DNA of 64,000 nucleotides from Nostoc sp. CCCryo 231-06 (lineage in GTDB: Bacteria > Cyanobacteriota > Cyanobacteriia > Cyanobacteriales > Nostocaceae): the NCBI GenBank assembly GCA_023522315.1, contig JAHCSU010000412.1, positions 244 through 64,243 on the forward strand, given 5' to 3'. This document shows, piece after piece, positions 1 to 9,774 of this stretch (position 1 is its first letter; each line of letters begins with the position of its first letter). The notes below the pieces were generated by a model. That model searched no databases. It was given only the letters and a program-made list of their open reading frames with translations, and had not been told where the DNA came from. The position numbers and the translations under genes were made by a program.

Positions 1-443
1 GGAAAAACATAAAGGACATCCGGCAGATTAGTAATTTTTATTTAAAAATCATCAAAACTTTTATATTCCTTTAAAAAAGATATATCAATATAAATGTTTA
101 AAGAAAGTTTCATAAAGAAGATAGACATAACACCCTGATCTATTGTCAAATGGGAAATTGATTGATCCCGTAATAAAGAATAACAATGTAAATATATTAC
201 TTTAGCTACTTAGATATGTATCTGCCCCGATTGGGGTTCTTTCACCTCAAGTTCATGCACCTACACATCAATGAGATTAGAAGCTCTCAAGAGAGGTAAT
301 TTATAATTTTTGATTAAATTCACCAAACTTAATTTACATTCATCACAAGTCAGAAATTTGTCGAAATAAAACAAAGATTTATAAGGACTAATACACCCTT
401 GAAGTAATCTCTGGTATTTATTGTCATACACATTTTTCTATAT

Positions 444-584
444 TAGGACTTACGCAAAATATCTCTCAAACTCTCATTTCTCTGTGTCCGGTTATTGAGC
501 GAAGTCGAAATACTGCGCCTCTGTGGTAGCCTGCGGCAAGCCGCTCCGCGTCTACGTTATTCTGTAACTTGTGTGTAAGTCCTA
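444..584. mobile_element. MITE-like element (141 bp) with TAGGACTTAC terminal inverted repeats
   Basis: Starts TAGGACTTACGCA, ends TGTGTAAGTCCTA. No ORF; contains an internal SDR-like TATTGAGCGAAGTCGAAATA. Confidence 0.7.
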
Positions 585-670
585 TATATATCTGCTTTTA
601 AGGAAGATAAAGCAAGCTATATCACTTCATACTGTTCTATTTTAAGGTTGATACAAACAGGATAGATAGG

Positions 671-836
671 AGGGCTATTTCATTCTCATCTAGCCCACCT
701 CAGAATTCATTCTAAGTCTAATAACCAAAGTCGTCTAAAGGCAATTGAAAAAATTTTGTAGTCAGTTTTAATGGACTTTAGCTATAACAGAGGAACTTTA
801 GTTCTGGGCATTTTATGTCTAGAACGAAATAGCCAT
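671..836 (-). mobile_element. Degenerate copy of the 169-bp MITE at 9046-9214, opposite orientation
   Basis: Ends AGGGCTATTTCATTCTCATCTAG and CTAGAACGAAATAGCC match the TIRs of the 9046-9214 element; internal CTCAGAATTCATTCT and AAAGTCGTCTAAAG are shared. No clean target duplication. Confidence 0.75.
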
Positions 837-1063
837 AGCATAGCTATTAGTAAAGTAAATTAACAAAAGAGTAGAGAGAAAATAAAAAATTGTATTAGCA
901 ATTGAGTGAAATAACGTCAATATTTACAAGTATGAAAATCAGCTAACTATTGTTTTTTTATTAATACATCTGCAACTAAAAGTGTTAGGTATTTTTTTGA
1001 AACTATTCAATATAAAACTGATTATGGAATTACTTTTAGTACTATTGTGAGGTATATATTTCA

Positions 1064-4000
1064 ATGAATGATTCACAAAATAAACCGTTGTCAACATCTC
1101 TAAGTCCAATAATTGGTGCTCAATCATCTCTACAAAGTATTGATCAGAGACAACCCAGTATTTCCGCTAACGCCAGCGTGCTATCTCAAGGAGATGGACT
1201 CAAAGCAGAGTACTACGACAACATCGATTTCACCAACTTGAAGCAAACTCGCACAGATTCAACAGTTAACTTTAACTGGGGTCGTAGTTCTCCAGATCCA
1301 TCCATTGGTGCAGATACCTTCTCAGCACGTTGGACAGGTCAGGTAGAAGCCAAGTACAGCGAGAATTACAACTTCTATACCACTAGTGATGATGGTGTGC
1401 GACTGTGGGTCAATAATCAACTACTGTTCGATAAGTTTGTCGATCAATCTGCCAAAGAATACAGTGGCGCAATCGCACTGATTGCTGGTCAAAAGTACGA
1501 TATTAAACTTGAGTACTATGAAAATAAATACGATGCCGTTTCTCGACTGTCTTGGTCAAGTTCTTCTCAGACCAAAGAAATCATTCCTCAGTCCCAACTG
1601 TATAGTAAAGTCAACACACCTAGTAATGGCAACGGACTCAAAGCAGAGTACTACGACAACATCGATTTCACCAACCTGAAGCAAACTCGCATAGATTCAA
1701 CAGTTAACTTTAACTGGGGTCGTAGTTCTCCAGATCCATCCATCGGTGCAGATACCTTCTCAGCCCGTTGGACAGGTCAGGTAGAAGCCAAGTACAGCGA
1801 GAATTACAACTTCTATACCATTAGTGATGATGGTGTGCGACTGTGGGTCAATAATCAACTACTCATCGATAAGTTTATCGATCAATCTGCCAAAGAATAT
1901 AGTGGCGCAATCGCACTGATTGCTGGTCAGAAGTACGATATTAAACTTGAGTACTATGAAAATAGATACGACGCCGTTTCTCAACTGTCTTGGTCTAGTT
2001 CTTCTCAGACCAAAGAAATCATTCCTCAGTCCCAACTGTATTCACCAGCTATTCAAACCGCTATCACATTAGGATCATCTTCCACAACTGTCAACGAAGG
2101 TGCTGATAGCGTTACCATAACGTTGTTGAGAACTGGTGATTTAAGCAGCACATCTTCAATCAAGTATGCAACCATAGCTGGTACTGCCACAGCAGGAGTT
2201 GACTACGGAAGTGAAGGCACCGAAAGCGCTGGAATACTTATTTTTGCGCCAGGACAAAGCAGCAGACAGATATCCATTCCGATCAATGACGATTCCTTAG
2301 CAGAAGCAGATGAAACCTTTAGTTTCGTTATTGATCAGGCAGGCGGGGCAACACTAGGACTCCAAAGAACTATCGGAATTACGATTCAAGATAACGATCG
2401 CTCTAGCCTCGATTTTACTCAGCCAGTAGTTAATGAGGGTGACGGTACTGCTACGGTGACAGTTACACGGGGTAACACTTCGGGGGCTGCTAGCCTCGAC
2501 TACACAACTGTGAATGGGACTGCTAAAGCTGGCTCTGACTACCACGATGTATCTGGAACCTTGTCCTTTGCAGCAGGACAAGCCAGCAAGACCATTTCTA
2601 TAGTCCTTAAGGATGACACGGTTGGGGAGGTAAATGAAACATTTACTTTGAAGTTTAGTAACGCAGTTGGAGTGCAACCAAATACTCAACAGACAACTAT
2701 CACTATTATTGATGATGACGCTGGTAACTTTGCTTTAGAGACGGTAGCTTCTGGTTTGAATCAACCCACAGCTTTTGACTGGACATCTGACGGTAAGCGC
2801 ATGTTCATAGCTCAGAAAAATGGCGTAGTGCGAGTCTTGAACAACGGCACTTTATTATCAACACCATTTATCGATATCTCTGGACAGGTTAATGATACGC
2901 GCGATCGCGGTCTTTTAGGCATTGCCGTACATCCAGATTTTGGCAAAGCCACAAACCCCAAAAACTACGTTTACTTGTTATATACCTACGATCCACCAGA
3001 AACCAATCCAAACAACCCTAAAAACAATCCCAATAGCACATTAGATAATCCCGATCAGATTGGGAATCGGACTGCACGGCTAATTAGGGTAGAAGCTGAC
3101 TCCAAGACTAATTACACTACTGCTATTGCTGGCAGTGAAGTTGTGTTGCTGGGTACTAATGGCACTTGGGAAAATATCAATCGCCCAGATGGAAATAGCA
3201 CAAATGTCTCACTTGGCTACGCACCATCAGGAATTCTCAACAAAGATACTGGTAAGCCGTTTACCAGCTTACAGGATTATCTCAATAATCAGGGTAAAGT
3301 CCAAAATGTCCAGAATTTTATAGCCAACGATAGTGAATCTCACTCAGTTGGTTCTGTGCGCTTTGGCACCGATGGTTCTCTGTTTGTGAGCTTAGGAGAT
3401 GGCACTTCCTACAATGGGAGAGATCCGCGAGCAATTCGTGTCCAGGATGTTAATAATTTGTCCGGCAAGATCCTGCGGATTGATGCGATTACCGGTCACG
3501 GCTTATCAAGTAATCCTTTTTACAACGGTGATCCTAATAGCAATAGTTCCAAAGTTTATAACTTAGGTTTGCGTAACCCCTTCCGTTTCACAATTGATAA
3601 AAACACCAATACCCCCGTAATTGGTGATGTTGGCTTCTTTCTTTACGAAGAGGTCAATATCGGAAAACCAGGAGCTAACTTTGGCTGGCCATTCTATGAA
3701 GGTGGCCTTGATGCAAATGGCAACATCGTCAGCCTGAAACAACCAAGCTATTCTAGCCTAGATGCAGCAAAAGACTTCTATAGTAGTGGCACAACTGTTA
3801 CAGCACCAGCTTACACTTACCAGCATACTGATTCTAATTCGATTGTTTTGGGTGACTTTTACACAGGCGATACTTTCCCCGAAATCTATCAAGGTGCGTT
3901 ATTCGTTGGTGATTTCAGTCAAGGAACTATCGATGCTTTGACATTCGATAGTCAAGGCAAATTTGTCTCAGTTAAGCGGTTTGCTTCTCAAGCAGACAGG

Positions 4001-4102
4001 CCAAATTTAGGAGTCACTGCACAAATCAGCACTGGGAAGGATGGTAATCTGTACTACGCAAACTTAACCGGGGGTGAGATTGCTCGCTTCCTACCTGTTT
4101 AG
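1064..4102 (+). CDS. PA14 x2 / Calx-beta x2 / glucose-sorbosone dehydrogenase-like (PQQ-type) beta-propeller protein
   Basis: Two near-identical GLKAEYYDN...FSARWTG...DDGVRLWVN PA14 repeats; two Calx-beta motifs (YATIAGTATAGVDY, F.PGQSSRQISIPINDD); C-terminal ASGLNQPTAF, DRGLLGIAVHPDF, GLRNPFRF, NFGWPFYEG typical of GSDH propellers. Confidence 0.85.
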   Translation: MNDSQNKPLSTSLSPIIGAQSSLQSIDQRQPSISANASVLSQGDGLKAEYYDNIDFTNLKQTRTDSTVNFNWGRSSPDPSIGADTFSARWTGQVEAKYSENYNFYTTSDDGVRLWVNNQLLFDKFVDQSAKEYSGAIALIAGQKYDIKLEYYENKYDAVSRLSWSSSSQTKEIIPQSQLYSKVNTPSNGNGLKAEYYDNIDFTNLKQTRIDSTVNFNWGRSSPDPSIGADTFSARWTGQVEAKYSENYNFYTISDDGVRLWVNNQLLIDKFIDQSAKEYSGAIALIAGQKYDIKLEYYENRYDAVSQLSWSSSSQTKEIIPQSQLYSPAIQTAITLGSSSTTVNEGADSVTITLLRTGDLSSTSSIKYATIAGTATAGVDYGSEGTESAGILIFAPGQSSRQISIPINDDSLAEADETFSFVIDQAGGATLGLQRTIGITIQDNDRSSLDFTQPVVNEGDGTATVTVTRGNTSGAASLDYTTVNGTAKAGSDYHDVSGTLSFAAGQASKTISIVLKDDTVGEVNETFTLKFSNAVGVQPNTQQTTITIIDDDAGNFALETVASGLNQPTAFDWTSDGKRMFIAQKNGVVRVLNNGTLLSTPFIDISGQVNDTRDRGLLGIAVHPDFGKATNPKNYVYLLYTYDPPETNPNNPKNNPNSTLDNPDQIGNRTARLIRVEADSKTNYTTAIAGSEVVLLGTNGTWENINRPDGNSTNVSLGYAPSGILNKDTGKPFTSLQDYLNNQGKVQNVQNFIANDSESHSVGSVRFGTDGSLFVSLGDGTSYNGRDPRAIRVQDVNNLSGKILRIDAITGHGLSSNPFYNGDPNSNSSKVYNLGLRNPFRFTIDKNTNTPVIGDVGFFLYEEVNIGKPGANFGWPFYEGGLDANGNIVSLKQPSYSSLDAAKDFYSSGTTVTAPAYTYQHTDSNSIVLGDFYTGDTFPEIYQGALFVGDFSQGTIDALTFDSQGKFVSVKRFASQADRPNLGVTAQISTGKDGNLYYANLTGGEIARFLPV
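1196..2040 (+). repeat. Intragenic direct duplication with 438-bp period (PA14 domains)
   Basis: GGACTCAAAGCAGAGTACTACGAC at 1196 and 1634; the two ~405-bp units are nearly identical at DNA level. Confidence 0.9.
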
Positions 4103-4124
4103 ATAACAATTATTAGTTATCAGT

Positions 4125-4231
4125 TATAGCGTTTCTCGTTTACGTGAGGTACAGCCGTAGGGGCACGGCACTGCCGTGCCCTTATACTTCGCAATATAAT
4201 GTTGTACTGCATGTGAATGGGAAACGCTATA
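4125..4231 (+). mobile_element. 107-bp MITE/REP-like element, copy A
   Basis: TIR TATAGCGTTTC...GAAACGCTATA; internal hairpin GGGCACGGCACTGCCGTGCCC. Confidence 0.75.
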
Positions 4232-4267
4232 TCAGTGAACAGTTGTCTGACTGTTCACTGATTTTGG

Positions 4268-5818
4268 TCAAGATAACTTTGTTAAAAATCCCAACAATTT
4301 TTTGGTATTTGATGTCAGGAGGGTTCGACGATAAGCATCAGCGGCTTTTTTAATAGCTTCGGCTTGAGTGGGATAAGGATGAATTACACTGCTTAACTTA
4401 CTCAAACCGATTTTATTCACCATTGCCGTAGTGACAACTGATATCATCTCACCCGCGTGACTAGCGACAATAGTTGCACCGATAATTTCATCAGACCCCT
4501 TTTTATGGTGAATTTTGAGAAATCCTGATTCTTCACCATCTGCGATCGCTCGGTCTACACTACTAAAAGGTATCTTGATTGTCGTCACCTCAATACCCAA
4601 TTTCTGCGCCTCGTGTTCGTATAATCCTACGTGGGCAATTTCTGGGTCAGTGTAAGTTACCCACGGCATCACCAGACTACTGAGTTTCGAGCGTCCTATG
4701 CCAAAGGGAGAAAACAGCGTATTTTTAATCACAATCCGCGCCGCAGCATCAGCAGCATGGGTAAACTTCCAGTTCATGCAGATATCACCAGCCGCATAAA
4801 TTTTGGGATTCGTCGTCTGGAGATAATCATTTACCTTTACACCTTGGCGCTTGTCGTACACCACCCCCACTGATTCTAAATTCAAACCTTCCACATTTGG
4901 CGATCGCCCCGCACCGACTAAAATTTCATCTACTGTCACTGAATCTCGATGGCCATTGGAGGAAAAGTAAAGCCGTTTCCCCTCAGTAACTGTTACCACT
5001 TCTTCCAACTTGGAATTCAACACCACGCGAATTCCTTCCCTAATCAAAACCTTTTGGAGAATTTCAGCAGCTTGGGCGTCTTCTTTATTCAGAAGATGAG
5101 AACCGCTATGGAAAAGTACCACCTCAGAACCCAAACGCCGGAAAGCTTGCGCCAATTCGCAACCAATGGGGCCGCCACCAATCACCGCTAAACGTTCTGG
5201 TCGTTGAATTAAGGAAAAAACCGTCTCATTAGTTAGATAACCCGCCTTTTCAATTCCCGGAATCGCCAATTGTGCGGCTCTTGCGCCAGTAGCAATTACA
5301 GCTTTTTTAAACCGGAGGGTTTTGTCGCCAATTTCCACGGTATTTTTAGTTGCAAATCGACCGCTACCCAAAAAGACATCGACACCCAAATTTTGAAACC
5401 GTTCCGCCGAGTCATTAGGGCTGATACCAGCCCTTATCCGCCGCATCCTTGCCATGACTTTGGGAAAATCAACATCAATATTATGTTGGGGAATATTAAC
5501 TCCCAAGTCTTTAGCATCCCAGATTTCGCCAACGACACGGGCAGACCGAATAATAGTTTTAGATGGTACGCAACCAACATTTAAGCAATCTCCACCCATG
5601 AGATGCTTTTCAATTATCGCCACTTTTAAACCCAAATCTAGACCCGCTGCACCCGCAGCCACCACTAACCCCGCCGTACCAGCCCCAATTACTACCAAAT
5701 CGTAAACATCTGCGGGTTGAGGATTAACCCAATTTGGCGGATGAACGTAAGACACCAACTTTTGGTTATACTCATCCGTTGGGCGAACTGTGACTCTCTC
5801 TAAATCTGAATTGGTCAT
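4268..5818 (-). CDS. FAD-dependent pyridine nucleotide-disulfide oxidoreductase (mercuric reductase / LpdA-like family)
   Basis: GAGTAG FAD motif, redox disulfide GGDCLNVGCVPSK, GGGPIGCE NAD(P) motif, HPYPTQAE. No HMA domain and no C-terminal Cys-Cys pair. Confidence 0.85.
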   Translation of the reverse strand: MTNSDLERVTVRPTDEYNQKLVSYVHPPNWVNPQPADVYDLVVIGAGTAGLVVAAGAAGLDLGLKVAIIEKHLMGGDCLNVGCVPSKTIIRSARVVGEIWDAKDLGVNIPQHNIDVDFPKVMARMRRIRAGISPNDSAERFQNLGVDVFLGSGRFATKNTVEIGDKTLRFKKAVIATGARAAQLAIPGIEKAGYLTNETVFSLIQRPERLAVIGGGPIGCELAQAFRRLGSEVVLFHSGSHLLNKEDAQAAEILQKVLIREGIRVVLNSKLEEVVTVTEGKRLYFSSNGHRDSVTVDEILVGAGRSPNVEGLNLESVGVVYDKRQGVKVNDYLQTTNPKIYAAGDICMNWKFTHAADAAARIVIKNTLFSPFGIGRSKLSSLVMPWVTYTDPEIAHVGLYEHEAQKLGIEVTTIKIPFSSVDRAIADGEESGFLKIHHKKGSDEIIGATIVASHAGEMISVVTTAMVNKIGLSKLSSVIHPYPTQAEAIKKAADAYRRTLLTSNTKKLLGFLTKLS

Positions 5819-6040
5819 TGGCGAAACCTCTTTTAAGAATTAAAAATGCTAAAGTCAACTGCCTTTTGGGGGTATTCAAAATGACGTTCGCAGGCTTCAC
5901 CCTGCGCTAACAAAATTAAGAATCCTGATAAACTTAGGCGGCTCAATCTTTTATTTTTTATGCTTGTTTAACAACGAATACAGCCTTTGAATTGTTTTAT
6001 CCGTTTGGGAATTGATAGATACGATTGAAGCTTTCCTGTA

Positions 6041-6147
6041 TATAGCGGTTCTCGTTTACGTGAGGTACACCCGTAAGGGCACGGCAGTGCCGTGCCCCTA
6101 CCCCTGGCAATATAATGTTGTACCGCATCTGAATGGGAACCGCTATA
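6041..6147 (+). mobile_element. 107-bp MITE/REP-like element, copy B
   Basis: TIR TATAGCGGTTC...GAACCGCTATA; same body as 4125-4231. Confidence 0.75.
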
Positions 6148-6222
6148 AACATTTTAACAATCGATAATTTACAGCAATTTGCAGTTGAATTGACCACACT
6201 AAGGGCGCACAAATGTACACCC

Positions 6223-6996
6223 TTACAATTCCTCTTCTAAAGCTTTGCGTGCAATCCGGGTGACATAAACTGTCACAGCTACTGTAGCAATCAAACCCAA
6301 AATCCGAATTGCCCATTGCAAAGTCGGGTTGGTAGGTTGAGCTTCAGTACCAATCATGGCAAGATTACCTGCAAGTGAACCAATATAAACGTACATAATG
6401 GTTCCAGGAATCATGCCTACAGAGCCGATGAAGTAGTCTTTAAGTGAAACTCCTGTGATGCCAAAGGCATAGTTTAATAAATTGAAAGGAAATATTGGGG
6501 ACAGCCGCGTTAACAGCACAATTTTTAATCCTTCTCTACCAACCGCTTGGTCAATGGCGGCAAATTTTTTATTATCTGCGATTTTCCGAGCAACCCAGCC
6601 CCTTGCTAAATAACGTCCTACAAGAAAAGCAGCAGTAGCACCAAGAGTTGCACCGATAAATACGTAGAGAGAACCCAAAACTGCGCCAAAAATCACACCA
6701 GCCCCCAAGGTGAGAATAGAACCTGGGAAAAAAGCAACGGTAGCGATAATATAAAGGGCAATAAAAGCTATTGCTCCCACAGTACCAAGGCTATCAATCC
6801 ACTGCAACGCGTTCCGTAAAATGGCTTGGGGATTGAAAGAATTTGGATTTGTAGATTCTTGTGCAAAAGCAGGGTTTGTGTTTAATGAGAAAGCACTCAC
6901 CAATATCAGTAATATTAATACACTTAGGCTAAAAAACTTTTGCAAATTTCTGGCATCAAGAATTTTCAATATCTTAATAATTGTTAGTTTTTTCAT
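6223..6996 (-). CDS. TVP38/TMEM64 (DedA / SNARE-associated) membrane protein
   Basis: FPGSILTLGAG, LLTRLSPIFPFNLLNYAFG, GMIPGTIMYVYIG DedA-family motifs. Confidence 0.9.
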   Translation of the reverse strand: MKKLTIIKILKILDARNLQKFFSLSVLILLILVSAFSLNTNPAFAQESTNPNSFNPQAILRNALQWIDSLGTVGAIAFIALYIIATVAFFPGSILTLGAGVIFGAVLGSLYVFIGATLGATAAFLVGRYLARGWVARKIADNKKFAAIDQAVGREGLKIVLLTRLSPIFPFNLLNYAFGITGVSLKDYFIGSVGMIPGTIMYVYIGSLAGNLAMIGTEAQPTNPTLQWAIRILGLIATVAVTVYVTRIARKALEEEL

Positions 6997-7738
6997 CGGT
7001 TGTTATTTTTTCTATTGCCACACTTTGAGCTAATGCTTTTTGAGCAACTTTTGTTATATATACAGTTACAGCAACAGTAGCAATTAACCCAACTACTCGC
7101 ATTACCCATTGCCAGACTTGAGTTTCTGGAGTAATTGGTTGATAAGAGGTGTTAATCATGGCAAGATTACCAGCTAAGGAACCAATATAAACGTACATTA
7201 CAGTACCGGGAATAATGCCAAAGGAACCTAATATATAGTCTTTAAGAGAAACCTGTGTTAATCCAAAAGCATAATTCAATAAATTGAAAGGAAAAACGGG
7301 ACACAGACGAGTCAGCAAGACAATTTTCCATCCCTCTTTGGCAACCGCCAAATCAATCGCTTTAAATTTAGGATGTTTGTCCATTTGTCCAGAAACCCAA
7401 TCTCGTGAAAGGTAGCGTCCGATAATAAAAGCCAAAGTTGCTCCGATTATTGCAGCAATTAATACATATATTGACCCCCAAAATACTCCAAACAGACAAC
7501 CGCCTTTGAGTGTTAAGAGGGAACCGGGTATAAACAGTAATGTTGCCAAGTTGTAAATGACTATGTAGGTGATAGGCCCTAAAACGCCAAGACTCTCAAC
7601 CCAAATCACTAAGGTTTGTAAAAGTCCCTGAAAGTTGAATTGTTTAGCGACAATTATGAAAGTGACAATTAGGCAACTTAGGAATAGTATTTTGAGTTTG
7701 GAATTTAATAAACGATTCTTCATTTTTAGAAGTTTCAC
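6974..7738 (-). CDS. TVP38/TMEM64 (DedA) membrane protein, tandem paralog
   Basis: IPGSLLTLKGG, LLTRLCPVFPFNLLNYAFG; overlaps the downstream paralog. Confidence 0.9.
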   Translation of the reverse strand: MKLLKMKNRLLNSKLKILFLSCLIVTFIIVAKQFNFQGLLQTLVIWVESLGVLGPITYIVIYNLATLLFIPGSLLTLKGGCLFGVFWGSIYVLIAAIIGATLAFIIGRYLSRDWVSGQMDKHPKFKAIDLAVAKEGWKIVLLTRLCPVFPFNLLNYAFGLTQVSLKDYILGSFGIIPGTVMYVYIGSLAGNLAMINTSYQPITPETQVWQWVMRVVGLIATVAVTVYITKVAQKALAQSVAIEKITTDEKTNNY

Positions 7739-7834
7739 CTTTTGAGGCTCGATGTTGACCTTCTGAGGCTCAACTTTGAAACTTACACCTCAAATCTAAT
7801 GACTTTAAGATATACTACCCAAATGAGAAACAGC

Positions 7835-8545
7835 TTAAATTCTCTTAAATTTTTCTCGCCGATACCAGCAACGAATTCGCTCAGGTGAAACGCCGAGTAA
7901 ATAAGCAATAATTACTATTTGATTAAGTAGCGTAGTTTTAAACACTCCCTTTTGCAACCATCTACGGGCTGAGGTAACAACTGGTGTGGGAATAATTACA
8001 ATGCGTCCAGTGCGTTTTAACCGACGCATGAGTTCAAAGTCTTCCATAATGGGCAATTCAGGAAAATTGCCAATTTGCTGAAATACTGCTTTTGTTAAAA
8101 AAATTGCTTGGTCGCCATATGGCATTTGGTAAAAATGCGATCGCAAATTTACACCCAACTCCACCCATCTTAAACTCAAAAGTGGTGCATCAATCCGCAA
8201 CTTAAATGCACCAGCCACAGTCCCAGGTTGTTGTAGCGCCGTGCGAACCATGTCATCAAACCCAGTTGGTAAACAGGTGTCTGCATGGAGAAACAGCAGA
8301 ATCTCCCCGGTAGCCGCTACAGCACCCGTGTTCATTTGCACAGCACGGCCGGGAGATGATGAGATAACTTTGACACCTAAAGACTGAGCTATTTTTATGG
8401 TGTCATCTTTGGAGCCACCATCTACTATGATTACTTCTATATTTGTGTTGAGTTGAGTAGTTGCAATTGCCTCTTTAATATTTTCTGCTTCATTAAGAGT
8501 CGGAATAATAATAGAAATTCTAACTGCGTCGATATTCTGACTCAT
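7835..8545 (-). CDS. GT2 glycosyltransferase, TIGR04283 family (arsenosugar / rSAM-selenodomain associated)
   Basis: ISIIIPTLNEA, VDGGSKDDT, GRAVQMNTGA, LLFLHADT, YGDQAIF, IMEDFEL, TSARRW motifs; DedA and flavoprotein neighbours. Confidence 0.8.
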   Translation of the reverse strand: MSQNIDAVRISIIIPTLNEAENIKEAIATTQLNTNIEVIIVDGGSKDDTIKIAQSLGVKVISSSPGRAVQMNTGAVAATGEILLFLHADTCLPTGFDDMVRTALQQPGTVAGAFKLRIDAPLLSLRWVELGVNLRSHFYQMPYGDQAIFLTKAVFQQIGNFPELPIMEDFELMRRLKRTGRIVIIPTPVVTSARRWLQKGVFKTTLLNQIVIIAYLLGVSPERIRCWYRREKFKRI

Positions 8546-8594
8546 GATTGCTTACAATTTAGCTAAAGTTGATGTCATCTTCAAGATAATCCCC

Positions 8595-9045
8595 ATGACA
8601 GCTATTACCGTCAACTTGAACCCCATCATTCAACTCACCTACAACCAATTTTATCAACTCTGTCGGGAAAACCCAGAAGTCAAATTTGAACGGAATGCAG
8701 AGGGAGAACTACTAATAATGCCACCGACAGGCGGAGAAGCTGGAAATCGTAACTCAGAAGTTAATGCTGATTTTGTGATTTGGAATCGCCAAACTCAACT
8801 TGGAATTTGCTTCGATTCTTCCACCTGCTTTAAACTTCCCAATGGTGCCAACCGTTCTCCTGATGTAGCTTGGATAAGAAAAGAGAAATGGAATGCACTC
8901 ACACCCGAAGAACAAGAAAAGTTTCCGCCGATCGCACCAGATTTTGTTTTAGAGTTAATCGAAGCAAGCGATAGTTTGCGAGAAACGCAAGCGAAAATGC
9001 AGGAATATATCGATAACGGAGTTAAATTAGGCTGGTTAATTAATC
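8595..9045 (+). pseudogene. Uma2 family (PD-(D/E)XK) endonuclease, 3'-truncated at a MITE insertion
   Basis: MTAITVNL...RSPDVAWI...PDFVLEL...GVKLGWLINP. The track ORF 8544-9101 reads into the MITE; the expected C-terminus is not found after the MITE. Confidence 0.75.
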
Positions 9046-9214
9046 CAGGGCTATTTCGTTCTAAACAGAAACCGCCCAGAACTGAAGTTCCGGGCTTTTA
9101 GCTAAAGTCCGTTAAAACGGACTATAACATGAGTCTCAGTCGTCTTTAGACGACTTTCGCTATTAGACTCAGAATTCATTCTGAGGCGGCCTAGATGAGA
9201 ATGAAATAGCCCTG
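9046..9214 (+). mobile_element. 169-bp MITE (Nezha-like size and 10-bp target duplication)
   Basis: TIR CAGGGCTATTTC(G/A)TTCT; perfect 10-bp direct repeat TTAATTAATC at 9036-9045 and 9215-9224. Confidence 0.85.
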
Positions 9215-9639
9215 TTAATTAATCCGAAAATACTTCAGGCTTAGACATTGATCAATACCTCAAGATGTGGTATTCTAATTATAGTGGATAAGGTGATCAA
9301 CCACTTAAAGCCTCGACTCCGCTCGGCTTTAACCCTGAGCGAAGCCGAAGGGTTAAAAAACCTTGTGGCCCAGAGGCAACGCTGAACCTTCTCCCAAGGG
9401 GAGACGCTAACGCGAAGACAATTAAATCTATGCGGTTCTACTGCATTGTTCTAGTTTCTTCCTAGCAGTAGGTAAAAGATTTATAGGAGCTAGACTCGTG
9501 TTGAGCGAAGCGATGCACTGAGCTTGCCGAAGTGTCGAAACACGACTCAGAATTTTGAAGCATTTTTGTTTCAAACTAAACAGGACTTGCACGGCAGTTG
9601 CTTCAAGTCGGCATAGCCGCCCAACGCACTGCCTCAGCA

Positions 9640-9774
9640 ATGCAACTAGGGTAGGGCATACCCGAAGTAACGCTTGAGGAGAGCCTCACCTCTGATCTGG
9701 ACAACGCAAGGAATCCAGGTTAAGTGATCTCGTTGATTCAAGAATCCCCGTCCGTTCACGGCGGGGAGTGTCAA
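9640..9774 (+). mobile_element. IS200/IS605 right-end remnant (tnpB 3' tail / omegaRNA-like scaffold), no transposase or nuclease ORF
   Basis: GGGTAGGGCATACCCGAAGTAACGC (VGHTRSNA-like TnpB tail) followed by the GAATCCCCGTCCGTTCACGGCGGGGAG hairpin and terminal GTCAA; same architecture as the right end at 25740-25791. Confidence 0.65.

Noticed and set aside
4268-5818. Calling the flavoprotein merA
   Set aside because: No N-terminal HMA domain, no C-terminal vicinal cysteines, and no mer operon genes nearby.
9420-9640. Possible Cas12k tracrRNA, HEARO RNA or riboswitch
   Set aside because: No match to motifs I recall for those RNAs; the segment decomposes largely into SDR-type repeats upstream of an IS right end.
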